Of a DNA stretch of 64,000 nucleotides, positions 24,399 through 37,700 are shown piece after piece. The position numbers and the translations under genes are program-made. Within the stretch, counting starts at the first letter, position 1, and every line of letters begins with the position of its first letter. This stretch comes from Vairimorpha necatrix (lineage: Eukaryota): contig CP142731.1 of NCBI GenBank assembly GCA_036630325.1, positions 558,001-622,000 on the forward strand, read 5' to 3'. The notes beneath the pieces are model-generated. The model was not told the DNA's origin and did no database searches. It was given only the letters and a program-made list of their open reading frames with translations.

Positions 24399-25718
24399 AT
24401 TATTAACTTAGTATTTTGAAAATGAGATAAGGATTTCTTCATTAGATGTATTTTAAAAAGTTCTAACTTATTTGCAAAAGAATTAATTAAGCTCATCATA
24501 TCTGCAATATGTGAATTCTTTTGTTGTAATTTTAAATTTTGTTCGTTAAATTTCATTGTGATATCCGCTAAAAATCCAAGATCTAATAGCCAACTTTTGT
24601 TTTCTAATTCTATATAAGTTTCATTTCTCATTGCAATAAATTCCTTTAGTTGAGGTAAAAGCTTAATAAAGCGTTCAAGAACTTTGCCTCGGCTAAGCCA
24701 TCTCACTTCTGTATGAAGAACTAAATCTTTAAAATCTGCTTTTTCTTCCTTCATAAGCAGCTTAAACAGCCTATTTTTAGTGGCTTTGGCTCTTATCGAA
24801 TTTATAATATTAGTAACAATTAATAAAATATGATTAAAATTAACACTTTTTAAAAATAAAACTTGTTGATGAATTATACAGTGATATGAAATATACTTTG
24901 AAAACAAAGAATCTTTTCTACATAAACCTATAAATCCGTTTTCTTTTCCGACCATTGCTCGTGCACCATCAGTAGTAATAGAAGAAAGTTTTCGAAGTGG
25001 TATATTTTTATCGACAATAAATTTTTTAAATAAAGAAAAAATATCTTTTCCCGTTGTACGAGCAGTTAAAGGTAGAATTTTTAAAAATTCCTCTTTAGTT
25101 GAAAAGTCATTAAATACCATTTTTATAGAAACAATTAGTTGAGCTGTGTCAACTACATCGGTAGATTCATCAAGCTGAAAAGAGAAATACATACAATTTC
25201 TTAAGTCTTTATCTAATTATGATTCTAAATTATTAGAAATAAATTCTATTCTTCTATATGCAGTTCTAGCTGATAACTGCAACATATTAATAGCTTTTAC
25301 TATTTCTGTCTTGTTTTCAAAATCTTCAAAAAGAGAATCCGCCGCTGTTATCATAACCTCTTTTATAATTTCTGCATCAGTAAAGGGGGTTTTTCTTAGC
25401 TAACAGATGTGCAACTTTTATTGAAGCTACAGTGGCCGCATTCGAAAGCTCTTTTGGCTTTGAAAATATCTCTACTGTTTTACAATTGCTGATTTTGAAG
25501 ATATCAACTTCTTTTTTTGCAGTTTATGAATTCAGTAGGTATTCAATATTTATATTTTCATGCAAACTATTGAAGTGCCGTTCTAAAATACTTTTTTGCA
25601 TATTGCAATGCTTTTGTTGCACAATAAACAAATACACCCACCTTGAAATTCTATAAAGAAAAAATTTTCTTCCTATAAATTATTGAATTGATAATTTCTT
25701 CTTTTTTTGAAGGTTCCA
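24399..25718 (-). pseudogene. hAT transposase, N-terminal and catalytic part (fragmented)
   Basis: LDESTD, TTDGA, YHCIIH, EVRWLS motifs in ORF 24326-25192. Confidence 0.9.
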
Positions 25719-27357
25719 TAAGGGTAAAAAAATTTGTAATAATTTTTTAAATCTATTGAATATTGAATTAGCATGTTATATGGCATAATTATTGTCAAAA
25801 TAAATATTAAAGAACTTTAAAATTGAAACATATAAGTTTATTGTTATAATCATCATATGTAAGAAAATTTTTGTTGAAAGGTCTTTTTGCTTAACGAAAA
25901 GTAGATTAACTCCTTATAATATACTCCCAATATTTAGCATTAAAAATGTAATTGATCAAATTTTTTTCAAAAAATTGAAATTATAAATTTTTAAATTTCT
26001 TCTCAATATGAAAAATGAAAACGGGCGCACCAAATTATTTAAACGGGCGCACCTGCGCTTGCGGGCGCTTCGTTGCCGACCCCTGATCTAGATAATAAGA
26101 TCAAAAGAATTTCGAAATAGGCAGTTGACAACAGAATAAAAATTAACAACAAGAAGAGTGGAGTATTAGAATGGAATTTTAACTCTAATATCCAAGAAAT
26201 TAGAAGTTTGTAATCCATAAATACAGACTTTGGCGTGTTTGAGAAGTCATAGAATATAGATATTTAGGTGTTTTAATTAAAAGAAACACACTTGAAGAAC
26301 ATTTGGTCAGAGACACGGCAATGCGTGGCAAGAAACCCATGACTACCTGATGCCCAAGCTATGAAATAGTGGCATCGACATTATACTTAAGGCGATCTAT
26401 ATAAAACGTGTACTAGTTCCCACACTAATGTATGGCAGTGAACTTTGGGGAAAGTCTAGTACAAGAGCAGGTAAGATCAATAGGATCTTAATTAAATCAT
26501 TGAATAAGTATTTTAAGAGTATTGGTTCTTCTAGTAGATTAATGGATGAGTTCAGTATAGAACGAATTCATATACAGGCAGCATTAAGTAGATTTAGAGC
26601 ATATAATATGTGGAAATACAATAAAACCATAATCTCAGATATAATTTCAATCAATCCGAGAGAAAGAAAAATTCCTGGTCTACAAGAACGCAAAGGTGGT
26701 TAAAAAGATTCGTCGGTAACGACTATGAAACAAATAACAATGTATCTGTTACTACAAAAATAACTGATGTACTAAGATGAAGGTTAACGCTAAATACTTC
26801 TGTAGCTGCATCAATAGCAGATTTTTATGACATTAGAAGCTCACAGCTGAAATATGTCATAAACAAAGTCAACAATAGAAAGATAAAAACATACACTAGA
26901 TTAAGATGTAATCTAGTAAGGTGGTCCACCACGATAGCCAATGCAAAGAGAATTCCAGTGAGTTATCGAATGATGTGCTTTTTGTGTGATGGGGCACAAG
27001 AAAATTTAGAACATTTCCTGTTAGAGTGCTTGTCATTAAACGAAATAAGATCATCGTGGAAAAAAAACTGCCAATACTAACATGTTCAAAAACAAATAAC
27101 CAAGAAAAAACAAAGCAACTTCTTGGTAATAAGATTAGGTTGAAAAATAATCCGGAACATATAAAAGAACTCTGCTTGATCATTGAGTTCCTAGACAAGA
27201 TGGTTGTCTCCAGAGCGATACTATTCAATAACAAACTCAAGGAGCTCAACAATAACATGAATAATTAATAAAAGATTAATTAAAAAAGTAAATACCCAGA
27301 AATGGAAGAAAAATACAGTTAACTTGTTAACAACAAAATTTATAAATTTATATAATT

Positions 27358-27568
27358 GACCTGGGAGAGGTCGGGCATGATACTGATGCCGTATTTGTTC
27401 CGCTGAACTGAGTTGTGTTCTTAAATGATGTATTGAGCCAGGCAATGTCGTTTTTCATCAGACCCATGAAAGTGGGTCTCTAGCCATATTATGACTAAGG
27501 ATGTATCCTATGAGAACAACCTTTTCTCCTACAAGCGAGGCCGTAAATGTATGCTGGCGTGAAAGCGC
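27358..27568 (+). ncRNA. LINE 3' UTR structured RNA (copy 4)
   Basis: Homologous to 1286-1495; GACCCAT-GAAA-GTGGGTC, GCGT-GAAA-GCGC. Confidence 0.65.
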
Positions 27569-27902
27569 GATTATTGATGATCCTTCTTTTGCAGTATAGC
27601 TTTTGGTGGCTTTGTAGCTTTACTTCGTTTTTGCTGATTTTTCTTATCATTCTGTATTGCTTCTATCTGTTTTCTTTATTTAAATGTATTTTTCTTTAGG
27701 CGGACTTGATTTACTTTTATATGGAACTTATTATGATTATTTAGGAACGTTTGTTTTAATGCTGAATGTCTTTTTTACAATAAACATTTTATTAATTTTC
27801 ATTATTATTTATTCTTTAGTGGTGGCTTCTTCGTTTTGCTGATTCTGTCTTTTTACAATAAACATTTTTATTTTTTATTTTTTTAGTGGAATTTTTGATT
27901 AT

Positions 27903-28063
27903 ATGAAGGGTAAAACAAACCAGAACAGGAGCGCGCTCAGTAGAGCAAAAAGTGACCATTTGGGAGGTTCAAACAACAATTTAGATGCAGAAATGTACTT
28001 AAAACAACAAACTAAGCATGTATATGTTAATTAAAGTTTCCCAAGTGTTACTTTCAAAAATGA
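27903..28063 (+). pseudogene. LINE ORF1 N-terminal fragment
   Basis: MKGKTNQNRSALSRAKSDHLGG matches 11549 onward. Confidence 0.8.
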
Positions 28064-28079
28064 TATACAAAAATGAAGG

Positions 28080-29400
28080 ATTCCATAGGGGAGCGGACGC
28101 GTCGCGGAGGGTGCGACCGATGTTTTATAACTAGGTGCAAATCCCTAAGTCTTACCAACCTTCGGCTGCTGGTCGGTAAGTAGGGCCGGCGATACTCTAG
28201 GGGTGGGAGACCCATTGCTGGCGAGGATACACCATGACCCTTCGGGGATATTTCCAGGGAATTCGAGTGGCGGTAGCCGAAAGTCCTATTAGCATAGCCA
28301 AGGTGGGCATCGCGCTGCCCTTGGAGTTTTAAATTCTTTTATCCGGCGCCGGTCGAAGCCATCGTGAGTTTTTCTAGGTGAAAACATTCCAATCATAAGG
28401 GAGAGGATGGCCAACCTTATGTAGACGGCCTGCAGTCTTGGGGATTTTTATTTCTTTTTCTGCCGCGCAGCGGTCCCTGGGCCGTTAGCCTCTTCTAGGC
28501 AGACCGTTGGGGTGTAATACAACCTTGCTAAAAATACCCGTATGGGTATGTCGGGTTGAGAAAGTCGTTAGAGCGAGTCTTAAGCTCATTTCTTCAATAT
28601 AGACTTACCGTTAGGGTGCAAGGCTCTTGCCCAAGTGACGTTTTTCGGGACAAAGAGAACGACCAGTGAATTGTCTTAGCTGGACCTGAGCGACGATCCA
28701 AGAATAATTAAAGGAAGGACAGCCTAGTCAAGGAGAATCGGGGGAAGAAGAAGGAATCGGCCTTCTTCCAAGATAGGGTTGCTGATGACTATAGACAAGT
28801 CTGTGTACGACGAACCAAGCTTTACGTTCGTTATAGTGGTAATAACCCGGACTGCTGCTGAGCCGATGCAGTCTGCCACAACTCTACAGGTTCCCTATAA
28901 ACCTGTAGATCTAAATGGTGTTCTTAGAACACGGTCTTTGAACCCGATGGCTGGACCTTAAATTCCCAGGGAGACGGAGTGTGATGGACTCCTGTCTAAG
29001 TGTTTTAACGTCGTGGACTGTCAGCTTAGCTTTCTACTATCCACTATATTCGTGCTACGAACAAAAAATATATTAGCGAAACAACCAAAAACACATCAGC
29101 TGGGGGTACACTCAGACGAAGCGCGTGAAACGTAGTAAACAAAGTATGTCTGAAGACATATACCGTAGCCATAGTACTTATGCGAAAGCCTTGTCTGGGG
29201 TAATGAGTGAGACAACCACGCAATTTGCGAATTGCGAACATATAGAATCCGATAATCGTGCAAACGATGAGGACGCACAGAAGCTCGAAAAAAATCTAGA
29301 AATTTAGTGCCTGCTGATTGTTCGCCGTGTGCCGCCAAGGAACCACATACGGGATTTCAAGATTTAGGAAAGGGCTGCAGCCTACAGGCTATAATTAAGA
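28080..29400 (+). other. Relatively GC-rich, hairpin-dense non-coding segment starting with the same head as 12171
   Basis: No ORF >80 aa; many inverted repeats; first ~150 bp about 85% like 12175-12325. Confidence 0.55.
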
Positions 29401-29649
29401 ACAAACCAGGTGTTAGTAAAATTGGCGTGCTGCATATTGATACGGCTTGTTCTAAAGTAATACTCTAAAATACTATATGTCTGCCCGTCTGTCCCTGGCA
29501 GGCTTTTATAATGTTTGTTGTAATTATTTTTATTTGATACCTTTTCCTTTTGGTTCATCTCCTTTTTTATGGGGTTTAACATAAAATATTTTAAAAATAA
29601 GAAGGAGGGAAAATAATGAAAAATTGTAATTTCATCCTATAGGAAATAG

Positions 29650-30886
29650 GGTTAAGTTCTCGACTTACCCCCCCCCCCCACCCCTAAAAAAAATAAAAAA
29701 AGGGGGAAAAATAAAAAAAAGGGGAAAAAGGGGAAAAAATAAAAAAAAATAAAAAAAGGGGGAAAAATAAAAAAAAGGGGAAAAAAGGGGAAAAAATAAA
29801 AAAACGTTTAATTCTCGACTTAACCCCTCCCCTTACCCCTGAAAAAAAACAAAAAAAAATATTCCGCAATTGTAAAGTCTATTTCAGGAATAATATCAAA
29901 TGCTACAATACTAAAATTACCTATTTCAAAAAATTCTAACATTTTATCTAATAGATTTTCACGATATATTAATTTGAATCTGTTAATGTAAATCTTTCTT
30001 ACAAGATTCATAATAGTACCATGATTAGTTCCGCTTTTTCTTAGTTCTCTTTTAATAACCGACCACATTCCCTCTATAGTCTGAGTATGCGCACCAGTTA
30101 TATTATCAACAAAATTTTGGCTGTGATTCACAGTCAAATATAGATACTCATATTCTACACAGATTGTTTGAATATCACTATAGCCGCGCCAACAATCTGT
30201 CACAATTGTGGTCCCCGATGCAATTTTTCTTGTGATTAATTCAACAAGAGTAGCTCTTGTTCTATTTTCTACGATTTCAAAGAAAAAAGAATTCGCATCT
30301 CCTCTCACAACGCCTCCAACTGCCCATACTTGATATTAAAGAACCCTTCCCGCATGGTTTTTACTTTTTACAAGTAAAGTTTCATCAATTTCAACAATAC
30401 AACCGACGCCGCCAATCGTTTGATTGTTTATATATGTTGAATAGGAGACGTACACGGCGTTATTAAAACGCGTAAACCATCTTGATACCGTACATTTACC
30501 TATATCAAGTTCTAACGTGACGGCCAAATTACTTGAACCCTTTACCCATTCGCAAAGCAATATTAAAAGATCCTCAATAGGCAATTTTGAGATCTTAAAA
30601 ACGCTTTGTTTCATTATGGTTCCTTTGTTAGAACATTTTTTACCATCACGTCTTGAATAACAACGATAGTTTTCAGTGTTTGGCCGATTTTGAGTCATTG
30701 GTATATGCATTTATTGCACATAGGAACCCTCAAAATGTTTTTTTGCAATTAAAAATTGCATTAACTTATTTTTTTTATAGATGAGTTTTCTAAATTCTTT
30801 AATTCTCATTATGGGTCAAATTTTTTTTTTTTTCCCCTTTTTTTATTTTTTTTAGGGGGAGGGGGAGGTAAGTCGAGAACTTAATC
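29650..30886 (-). mobile_element. Merlin (IS1595/ISXO2-like) DNA transposon inside an LTR
   Basis: 20-bp TIR GGTTAAGTTCTCGACTTACC; 8-bp TSD GGAAATAG; VEIDET, TDCWRGY, HTQTIEG. Confidence 0.95.
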
Positions 30887-31076
30887 GGAAATAGAGATGT
30901 TATGTGGTCATAATACCACATTCTGCCTTCCTACAACTTTAAATCCCGCACATGTCTAAATTGCTGTTCTCCTTCAAGCTTCGCCCATTGCCCTTTATTG
31001 CCTATATAAGCAATTCGTTTCCTTCCCGAATACTTTTTCTCTAACTTCTTAGCACCGTAATTTTTATAATAGACCT

Positions 31077-32896
31077 TGTCACCGTTCAGACCTGACGCCC
31101 GTTCGGACTGGACGCCGGGGGTAAAAAATTAAAAAAAAATCTCTTCAGTCAGGGGCGAACCAGAAAATAAGAACAAATAAATGTTCGTCTTTAAGACAGC
31201 TCAAATTTCTTCTGATTTTTTGAGGGGGGAATTTTTGTTTTTTTTTTATAATAATGGGAGGGAATAATGAAAAAAGGAGAAAAATAAAATAAACAAAATT
31301 TTTAGTACTTTATTCATTACCAAGCAATCTTAGATCTCTAGTACTTATTTCTTCTATTATAATGCCATTATCATCTTCTTTGCATAATTTTACTTTATTA
31401 AATTGAATTATGTCTGTTTCAATATAGACTTCAGCATCTAAATGTTCATAAAGAGAATGTCTTCGGGTATTTACGTTGTTGTCCAAGTAAGGTCTTATAA
31501 GGACTCTATCTCCTATTTTAAATTCTAAGAAATCATTTCTCCACATACTTCTTTGTACCATTCTATCAGCAGCAGTTTGTGTATGAATTCTAGCTGCATC
31601 ATGATAAATTTCATTTAAAAAAAGGTTTGTGTTATTAAGAGCATAGAGTTGCTGTATTTCTTCATTTTTATTGCCATCTAGAACATCTGATAAACTTTCC
31701 TCAGCTATTTCTTCTTCCTCTAACTCTTGTTCATGATTTTCGCTATTGATCGAATCTAGAATGCCCGTGATTCTAGACTCGTCCATTATGTCCCTAATGG
31801 GTCTACCAAACATTAAAGAGAATGGTGTTTGTCTCGTAGTAGAGTGTCTTAAATTATTATATGACCAGGTAACTTCTTCTCTTACCTTGGTCCATTGCCC
31901 CAAAATATTTTTTGTCCTGAGAGTGATTGCAATCCTCCACTTTATTGTTTGATTGCATCGTTCTATCTGTCCTTGTATCCATGGACATCTAGCTCTCCCC
32001 CTTACGTGTCTTATTTCATATTTCTGACATAAATCGACGAGTGTTTGATTTGCAAATTCTCTGCCGTTATCAGTATGAAGTATATAACAAGAACCAAATG
32101 TTCTAAACAATGTTTCAAAGGCATTCCCTTACTAATACCCGTTTTGTCAAACAGTGGTACCGTCCAACAAAATTTGGTAAATGAATCTACAATATTCAAT
32201 AACCATTTATATCCTTCATTGAGTTCGTGATATAGCCGGAGATCAATCAAGTCTGCAACATATCTTTCCCTTGGATACTTTGCTACAATTGGTCTAATAA
32301 CTGGTCTAGTTACTAGATTTCTCTTTGATTGACATATATCACAGCTATTCAAGACCTTCTGGATATCTTTTTGTGAAGCATCGTAGACTTTTGTTTGCAA
32401 TAATGGAAACAATCTGTCCCGTCCCGCATGCCCATTTGAGACGTGGATCAATTTTATATAATCGATTTTGAATCGTTGCTCGTTGGTGGTAAAGAATCTT
32501 AATGATCTATATAGACCTACTTTAAATCTCACCGTGAGCTCTGTGATGCCGTCAATTACATCCTCAAAAAGGATAAATTTTTGTGCTTTTTTTTTTTGAA
32601 AGCATCTCTTTCTTGTTTTGTTACCAACCTTGTTAGAACAACACCAGTCTGAAAAAAGACAAAAACTTCTTGTCTTTCATTGTTATTCAATTTTGTTTTA
32701 TGCCCTTATTTTTAAAATAATTTTAAAAACAAATAAAAAATAAACACCAATTTTTTTTAATTTTTTACCCTTCTTAAGTAAGCATTTTTCCCGGCGTCCA
32801 GTCCGAACGGATATTTTTTTTTAATTTTTTACCCTTCTCAAGTAAGCATTTTCCCCGGCGTCCAGTCCGAACGGGCGTCCAATCCGAACGGTGACA
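31077..32896 (-). mobile_element. Ginger2/TDD-like integrase DNA transposon (frameshifted)
   Basis: ~44-bp TIR TGTCACCGTTC...; TSD GACCT/AACCT; ADLID, TDNGREF, QGQIER. Confidence 0.9.
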
Positions 32897-32960
32897 AACC
32901 TTATCATTCAATTTAAATTTACTGGCCTTTGGTGACATAATTTTTCTGTTAATACATAAT

Positions 32961-34710
32961 GGTTGGTGGAAAAGTCCGCCACCGTATTTAAAAATTTGAA
33001 AAAAATAGCCCTTAAAATTGAATTTCGAAACGAACAAACAGCATCAGGAAGAAACACCATAAACTAAAACTACAAATTTTATAATAATATAACACAAAAT
33101 AAATCATTTAAATACAAAATATTTAACATTTATACTCTTATTATACAATTCTATGATATTAGAAGACAATATGTTTTTTTTTTTCAAAAATTTATTTTTC
33201 GTCGAATGTTAAGGAACCCTCTTAATATGGAAAATGAAAGAAGATTACAAGAACAGAAAGAAAGACCTGTCGAAATAAAAGGCATAAAAAATAAACATAT
33301 GAAAATATACAAAGGACATAAATACTATAAGAAATACACCGGGGCTTCAATTATAAGATGGTCTTTCTATTTAAAAAATTGTAAAGGAAGTATACGCATG
33401 AATACTACAACAAATGAAATATGTGATTATCAAGAACATAATCATGAAGAATTAAGTAATTCACAAATTAAAATACTATTTGTAAATGAAGATATAAAAA
33501 GAGATAGCCTTACGAGTAGAAAAACTAAAAACGAAATTGTATGTGCAACAACATCAATGCTCGATGATTCAGAAAGACAGTTACTTCCAAGTATACGTAA
33601 CATAAAGAGAATAATTAGAAATATACAAGATTTAGCTCAAAATTTTAGCTATTCTAATAATTATGATATTCCAAATGAGCTACTAATGACACGTTCTGGG
33701 ATCAAATTTATACAGTATGATAATTATTTTAGTGCGAAAGAAAGAATAATAGCATGCTGGTCTGATAAAAATGTGAACAACGCCAAGAATAAGAAGGTCT
33801 TTGCAGTTGATGGGACATTTTGCTCGTCACCTCTAGCCTTTTTTCAACTTTTCGTAGTATTTTTTGTAGATGAATATACTTACATTCCTTTTGCTTATTT
33901 TCTGCTGCCAAATAACAAATATGAATCATATGTGGAAGCTTTTAAAATGCTATTTAATTTAGCAAATGTTAAAAAAATGGAAAATATGATAATATATGGT
34001 GAGTTGAGTATACATAAGGCACTGAATAGTGTATATCCAGACACCAGAATAAGATTTTGTGTATTTCATTATTCACAGGCGGTTTTCAAAAAATTTAAAT
34101 CATTGGGATTTTTTAAATTATACAAGGATGATACAATTTTTAGATTTTATATCAAATGTTTGCTTTGTTCAATATTCATTACTGAAGAAAACAAATATAT
34201 TACGTTTAAATATTTAGTTAGATTAATATGTCGAGATTATAATGGACATGCAATTAAAGAATTCCTCAACTATTATATAACAAATTGGTTAAATAAAGAC
34301 CTTTTCCGTTATAACGATATGAAAGAAAGAATAGAACATGATATACCATTTACAAATAATGGAGCGGAAGGTTTCAATTCTTCATTGAAAAGAGAATTGA
34401 AATCACCACATCCAAGTCTAACTGAGCTTTTAATGTGTTTAAGAAATCGTGATTTTCTAAATGAAATATACAAACATAATAATAAAAGCCAGAAAAACAA
34501 TATCATAACAAAGACAAGAAATTCAAAAATATTACTTAAAATAGAAGATTTAAAAGACAATGACTGTTTGGAAGTTCTTAAAGAAATAACATTCTTATAT
34601 AACTTTAAAGATGATATTTTACAATAAATTTATTCATTTCGAAATTCAATTTTAAGGGCTATTTTTTTTTCAAATTTTCTTAAATACGGTGGCGGACTTT
34701 TCCCCATACG
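32961..34710 (+). mobile_element. Mutator-like (MULE) DNA transposon
   Basis: ~65-bp TIR GGAAAAGTCCGCCACCGTATTTA...GAATTTCGAAA; flanked by a 79-bp direct duplication. Confidence 0.9.
33206..34627 (+). CDS. MULE transposase, 473 aa; second catalytic Asp appears replaced (IIYGE)
   Basis: FLYWCH-like N-terminus, VDGTF, CVFH, TNNGAEGFN. Confidence 0.85.
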   Translation: MLRNPLNMENERRLQEQKERPVEIKGIKNKHMKIYKGHKYYKKYTGASIIRWSFYLKNCKGSIRMNTTTNEICDYQEHNHEELSNSQIKILFVNEDIKRDSLTSRKTKNEIVCATTSMLDDSERQLLPSIRNIKRIIRNIQDLAQNFSYSNNYDIPNELLMTRSGIKFIQYDNYFSAKERIIACWSDKNVNNAKNKKVFAVDGTFCSSPLAFFQLFVVFFVDEYTYIPFAYFLLPNNKYESYVEAFKMLFNLANVKKMENMIIYGELSIHKALNSVYPDTRIRFCVFHYSQAVFKKFKSLGFFKLYKDDTIFRFYIKCLLCSIFITEENKYITFKYLVRLICRDYNGHAIKEFLNYYITNWLNKDLFRYNDMKERIEHDIPFTNNGAEGFNSSLKRELKSPHPSLTELLMCLRNRDFLNEIYKHNNKSQKNNIITKTRNSKILLKIEDLKDNDCLEVLKEITFLYNFKDDILQ

Positions 34711-37700
34711 GTAATTTTTATAATAGACCTTATCATTCAATTTAAATTTACTGGCCTTTGGTGACATAATTTTTCTGTTAATACATAATTTTCTTTTAAT
34801 GGATCATAAGGCGAATATCTGTTGACTATTCCTAACGGTGATGATCTTATGTTACGATTATAATTTATAATTATCGCAGTTTCTGCTAGTTGCAAAATGT
34901 CCTTACATTTCTTCCTTTATTATTTGATAAGATGAATGAGATTGTTTTGTTTATTGATTCAGATATTCCGTTAGATCTCGGACTATACATTGGAATCAAT
35001 GTATGTCTAATTTTTCAGTATCTAAATAGTCTCTTAAATGTTTGCTCACGTATTGACGTCCATTGTCTGAAATAATATATTTAGGTTTTCCATTAATGCT
35101 AACCCATTCTTCTATTGAATCTATTACAAATTTAGAATCAATCTTATATCCGAAATACAAATGAGTATATCTTGAAAATATATCGGTGATAGTCAAGATG
35201 TATCCTGACTCTTTTTTCTCACCATGTACAAAATCATCCAATTTAAATGGACCATAAATGTCCGTACTTTTTTTTTTCAAATGGCTCTTTAGACTCCATT
35301 ATAATATATTTATCATTTTTACTATAATCTAATTTATATTGCTTGCAAATACTACATTTATTTGCTACTGCATATATTTCTCGTATCATTTTCTTCATTG
35401 AAATCATATTTTTTAAATTGTTATATGTAGTTGTGATTCCTATGTGTCCTGAAATTTCATGAATCATTTTTAATAATTTAAACTTCTATCTTTTATTATT
35501 ATTTTATTTTTATTATCTAGTTTGTATTTTCCATCTTGAAAATAACTTGATGCTCTTAACACTTCAATATATTTTAAATATCCTTCTTCTTGAAAATTTG
35601 TATAACATCTTGATAAATTATCAGCTATCACATTACTTTTTCCATCAACATGTAAAATTTGATAGTCGTATTCATTCATATTTAATTTCCATCGACTAAT
35701 TCTTGATGTTTCTTTTTTACATCCTAATACGCAATTTTTACTATCGGTCCTAATTTCCACATATGATCCTAGGACAATTTTTCTAAAATAAGTCATAGAA
35801 GATACTATGCACAGGTATTCTTTTTCTACGATTGTATTATAAATTTCTGATCCGCTAAATTTCTTACTGCAATATCCTATTATCCCATCTTCTTGGGTTA
35901 AGACACTTCCCATTCCACTTTCACTTGCATCGCAGTTTAAAGAAAATTTTTTAGTGTAATAAAACTTAATTTATGATTTTCTTTGATGAATTTCCTTTTT
36001 TCAACAATTTCTTTTTTCATTTGTTCATTGAGTCTTTTATCTTTATTCTCGTTTTTAAGTAAGTCACTTATTTGGGAGATCTTTCTAGATAGATTAGGTA
36101 TAGATTTTCTATACCAATTTAATACACCTATTAATTTCTGGACATCTTTTAATGTCTTTATTTCTTTATAAAAAATTTTGTTTTCTAAATAGTTAAGTCT
36201 CGGAAATATACCTTCTTCGCTAATTCTGTAGCCTAATATTTCTATCTCGGTTTGAAATAATTTTGTTTTTTCAAATTTAATTTTTACATTTCGTTCATGA
36301 AGTCTTTTCAACACTTGAACTAATAATTTCTCATGTTCCTCTTTAGTTTTGGAATACAACACAATGTCGTCTATATAAATAAAACAATTGTTAATTCCTT
36401 CTAAGATTTCACTAATACATCTTTGAAAAATCTTGGGTCCCGGCGTCATTCCAATTTGAATTCTCTTATACTGCCATTGTTTCCCCAATAAGAAAAATGA
36501 GGTATTTTTCTTACTATCCTCTTCTAATAATATTTGATTGAAACCATTAAGTAAATCTATTTGGGTAAAATACTTGTTTTGTCCCATAGTAATCAACGAA
36601 TCTTCAATGTGTGGAATTTTCCATACATCATCTTTTATATGTTTGTTGATTTCTTTGTAATTTATTCCCAATCTAAGTTCTGACTTGTTCTTTTTTTCTA
36701 TAAAAAATGCTGGGCTGATTATATTAGAATTGCTTTTTTCAATTATTCCTTCATCCACGAGTCTTTTTAATTCTGTCTTAGATTTGTCTATATATTTAAA
36801 TGATACATTATATACCTTAAACCCAAACCTTTTAGGTGTACCTTCTAACTCAAATTTAACTTTTAGATCATTTATAAATTTAAAACCTTCATTTTCCTTG
36901 ATATAAAACTTTAGATGATTTATTAGATTTTCATGCAGACTAACTCCGCATATATTCTCAATCAATCTTTCTTCTAACTCATCTGCTACACTATGTGCTT
37001 GTCCTTTTAGCGAGATTAGATTATTTATAAGCTTTAATGATCTTTGTTTATAATCAATAACTGCATCATTTTCTCTTAAAAATTCATTGCCCAATAAAAA
37101 CTCTATAGGCGATTTTTCTAATACAAAAAATCATATCTCATAATCTATTGACTTTCCTAAGTTTACTTTCGTTCTTACTCGTTTCTCACTGACTTGTTTT
37201 GAACCATCTCCGAATATTGTCACTATTGGTTTACAGTCTTCAAAAGGTAAATTAAACCTTTCTACAATTCGAGTGTTTAAAAAGTTTCTCAGTGACCCAG
37301 AATCTATTATCAAATCAATATTTTGATTCTCGAGCTTCCCTTCTACATCTAAATTTATTGGATTATTATCCTTGTTTCCTGTAATTGCCATATTACTATT
37401 CACTGATTTATATTTATGGTTTTTATTATTAATTTCCTTGTTCTGTTTTTCTCTAAAAAACAATCCTTCGTAACGTGAGAACGCGATCGGTGATGTTTAC
37501 ACCATCTTGAATTTTGATCGCTAGGGTTAACTAAATTTAGAGGCGTCGTCTTCTCTACAGTAAAGTCCTTTTCACACTGTGCGTTTAAACCCGTCTCTAT
37601 TCTTTCTAAATACTTATAAACTTCTTTTGCAGGTTTCTCATGCAAATTCATTTTAATGAGTTCCATCTCTGTGTATTTTCCTAATCCTCTGAAAAAACAT

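Larger units (their letters stand above)
18274..26085 (-). mobile_element. hAT (Buster/SPIN-like) DNA transposon hosting Gypsy and Ginger insertions
   Basis: TIR C(A/G)GGGGTCGGCAAC; 8-bp TSD ATCTAGAT with central TA. Confidence 0.94.
12670..27885 (+). mobile_element. LINE copy C (diverged, degenerate), interrupted by Tc1 and hAT
   Basis: ORF1 pieces 12711-14180; ORF2 14177-16442, 18033-18273, 26094-27268 collinear with copy B; 3' UTR from 27270. Confidence 0.9.

Noticed and set aside
28782-29190. CTGATGA (28782) and CTGAAGA...GAAA (29150-29188) hammerhead-like strings
   Set aside because: First lacks GAAA; second has no closing pair for stem II and no stem III/UH.
29685-29800. A/G low-complexity tract as telomere repeat
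   Set aside because: Irregular and internal to the Merlin element.
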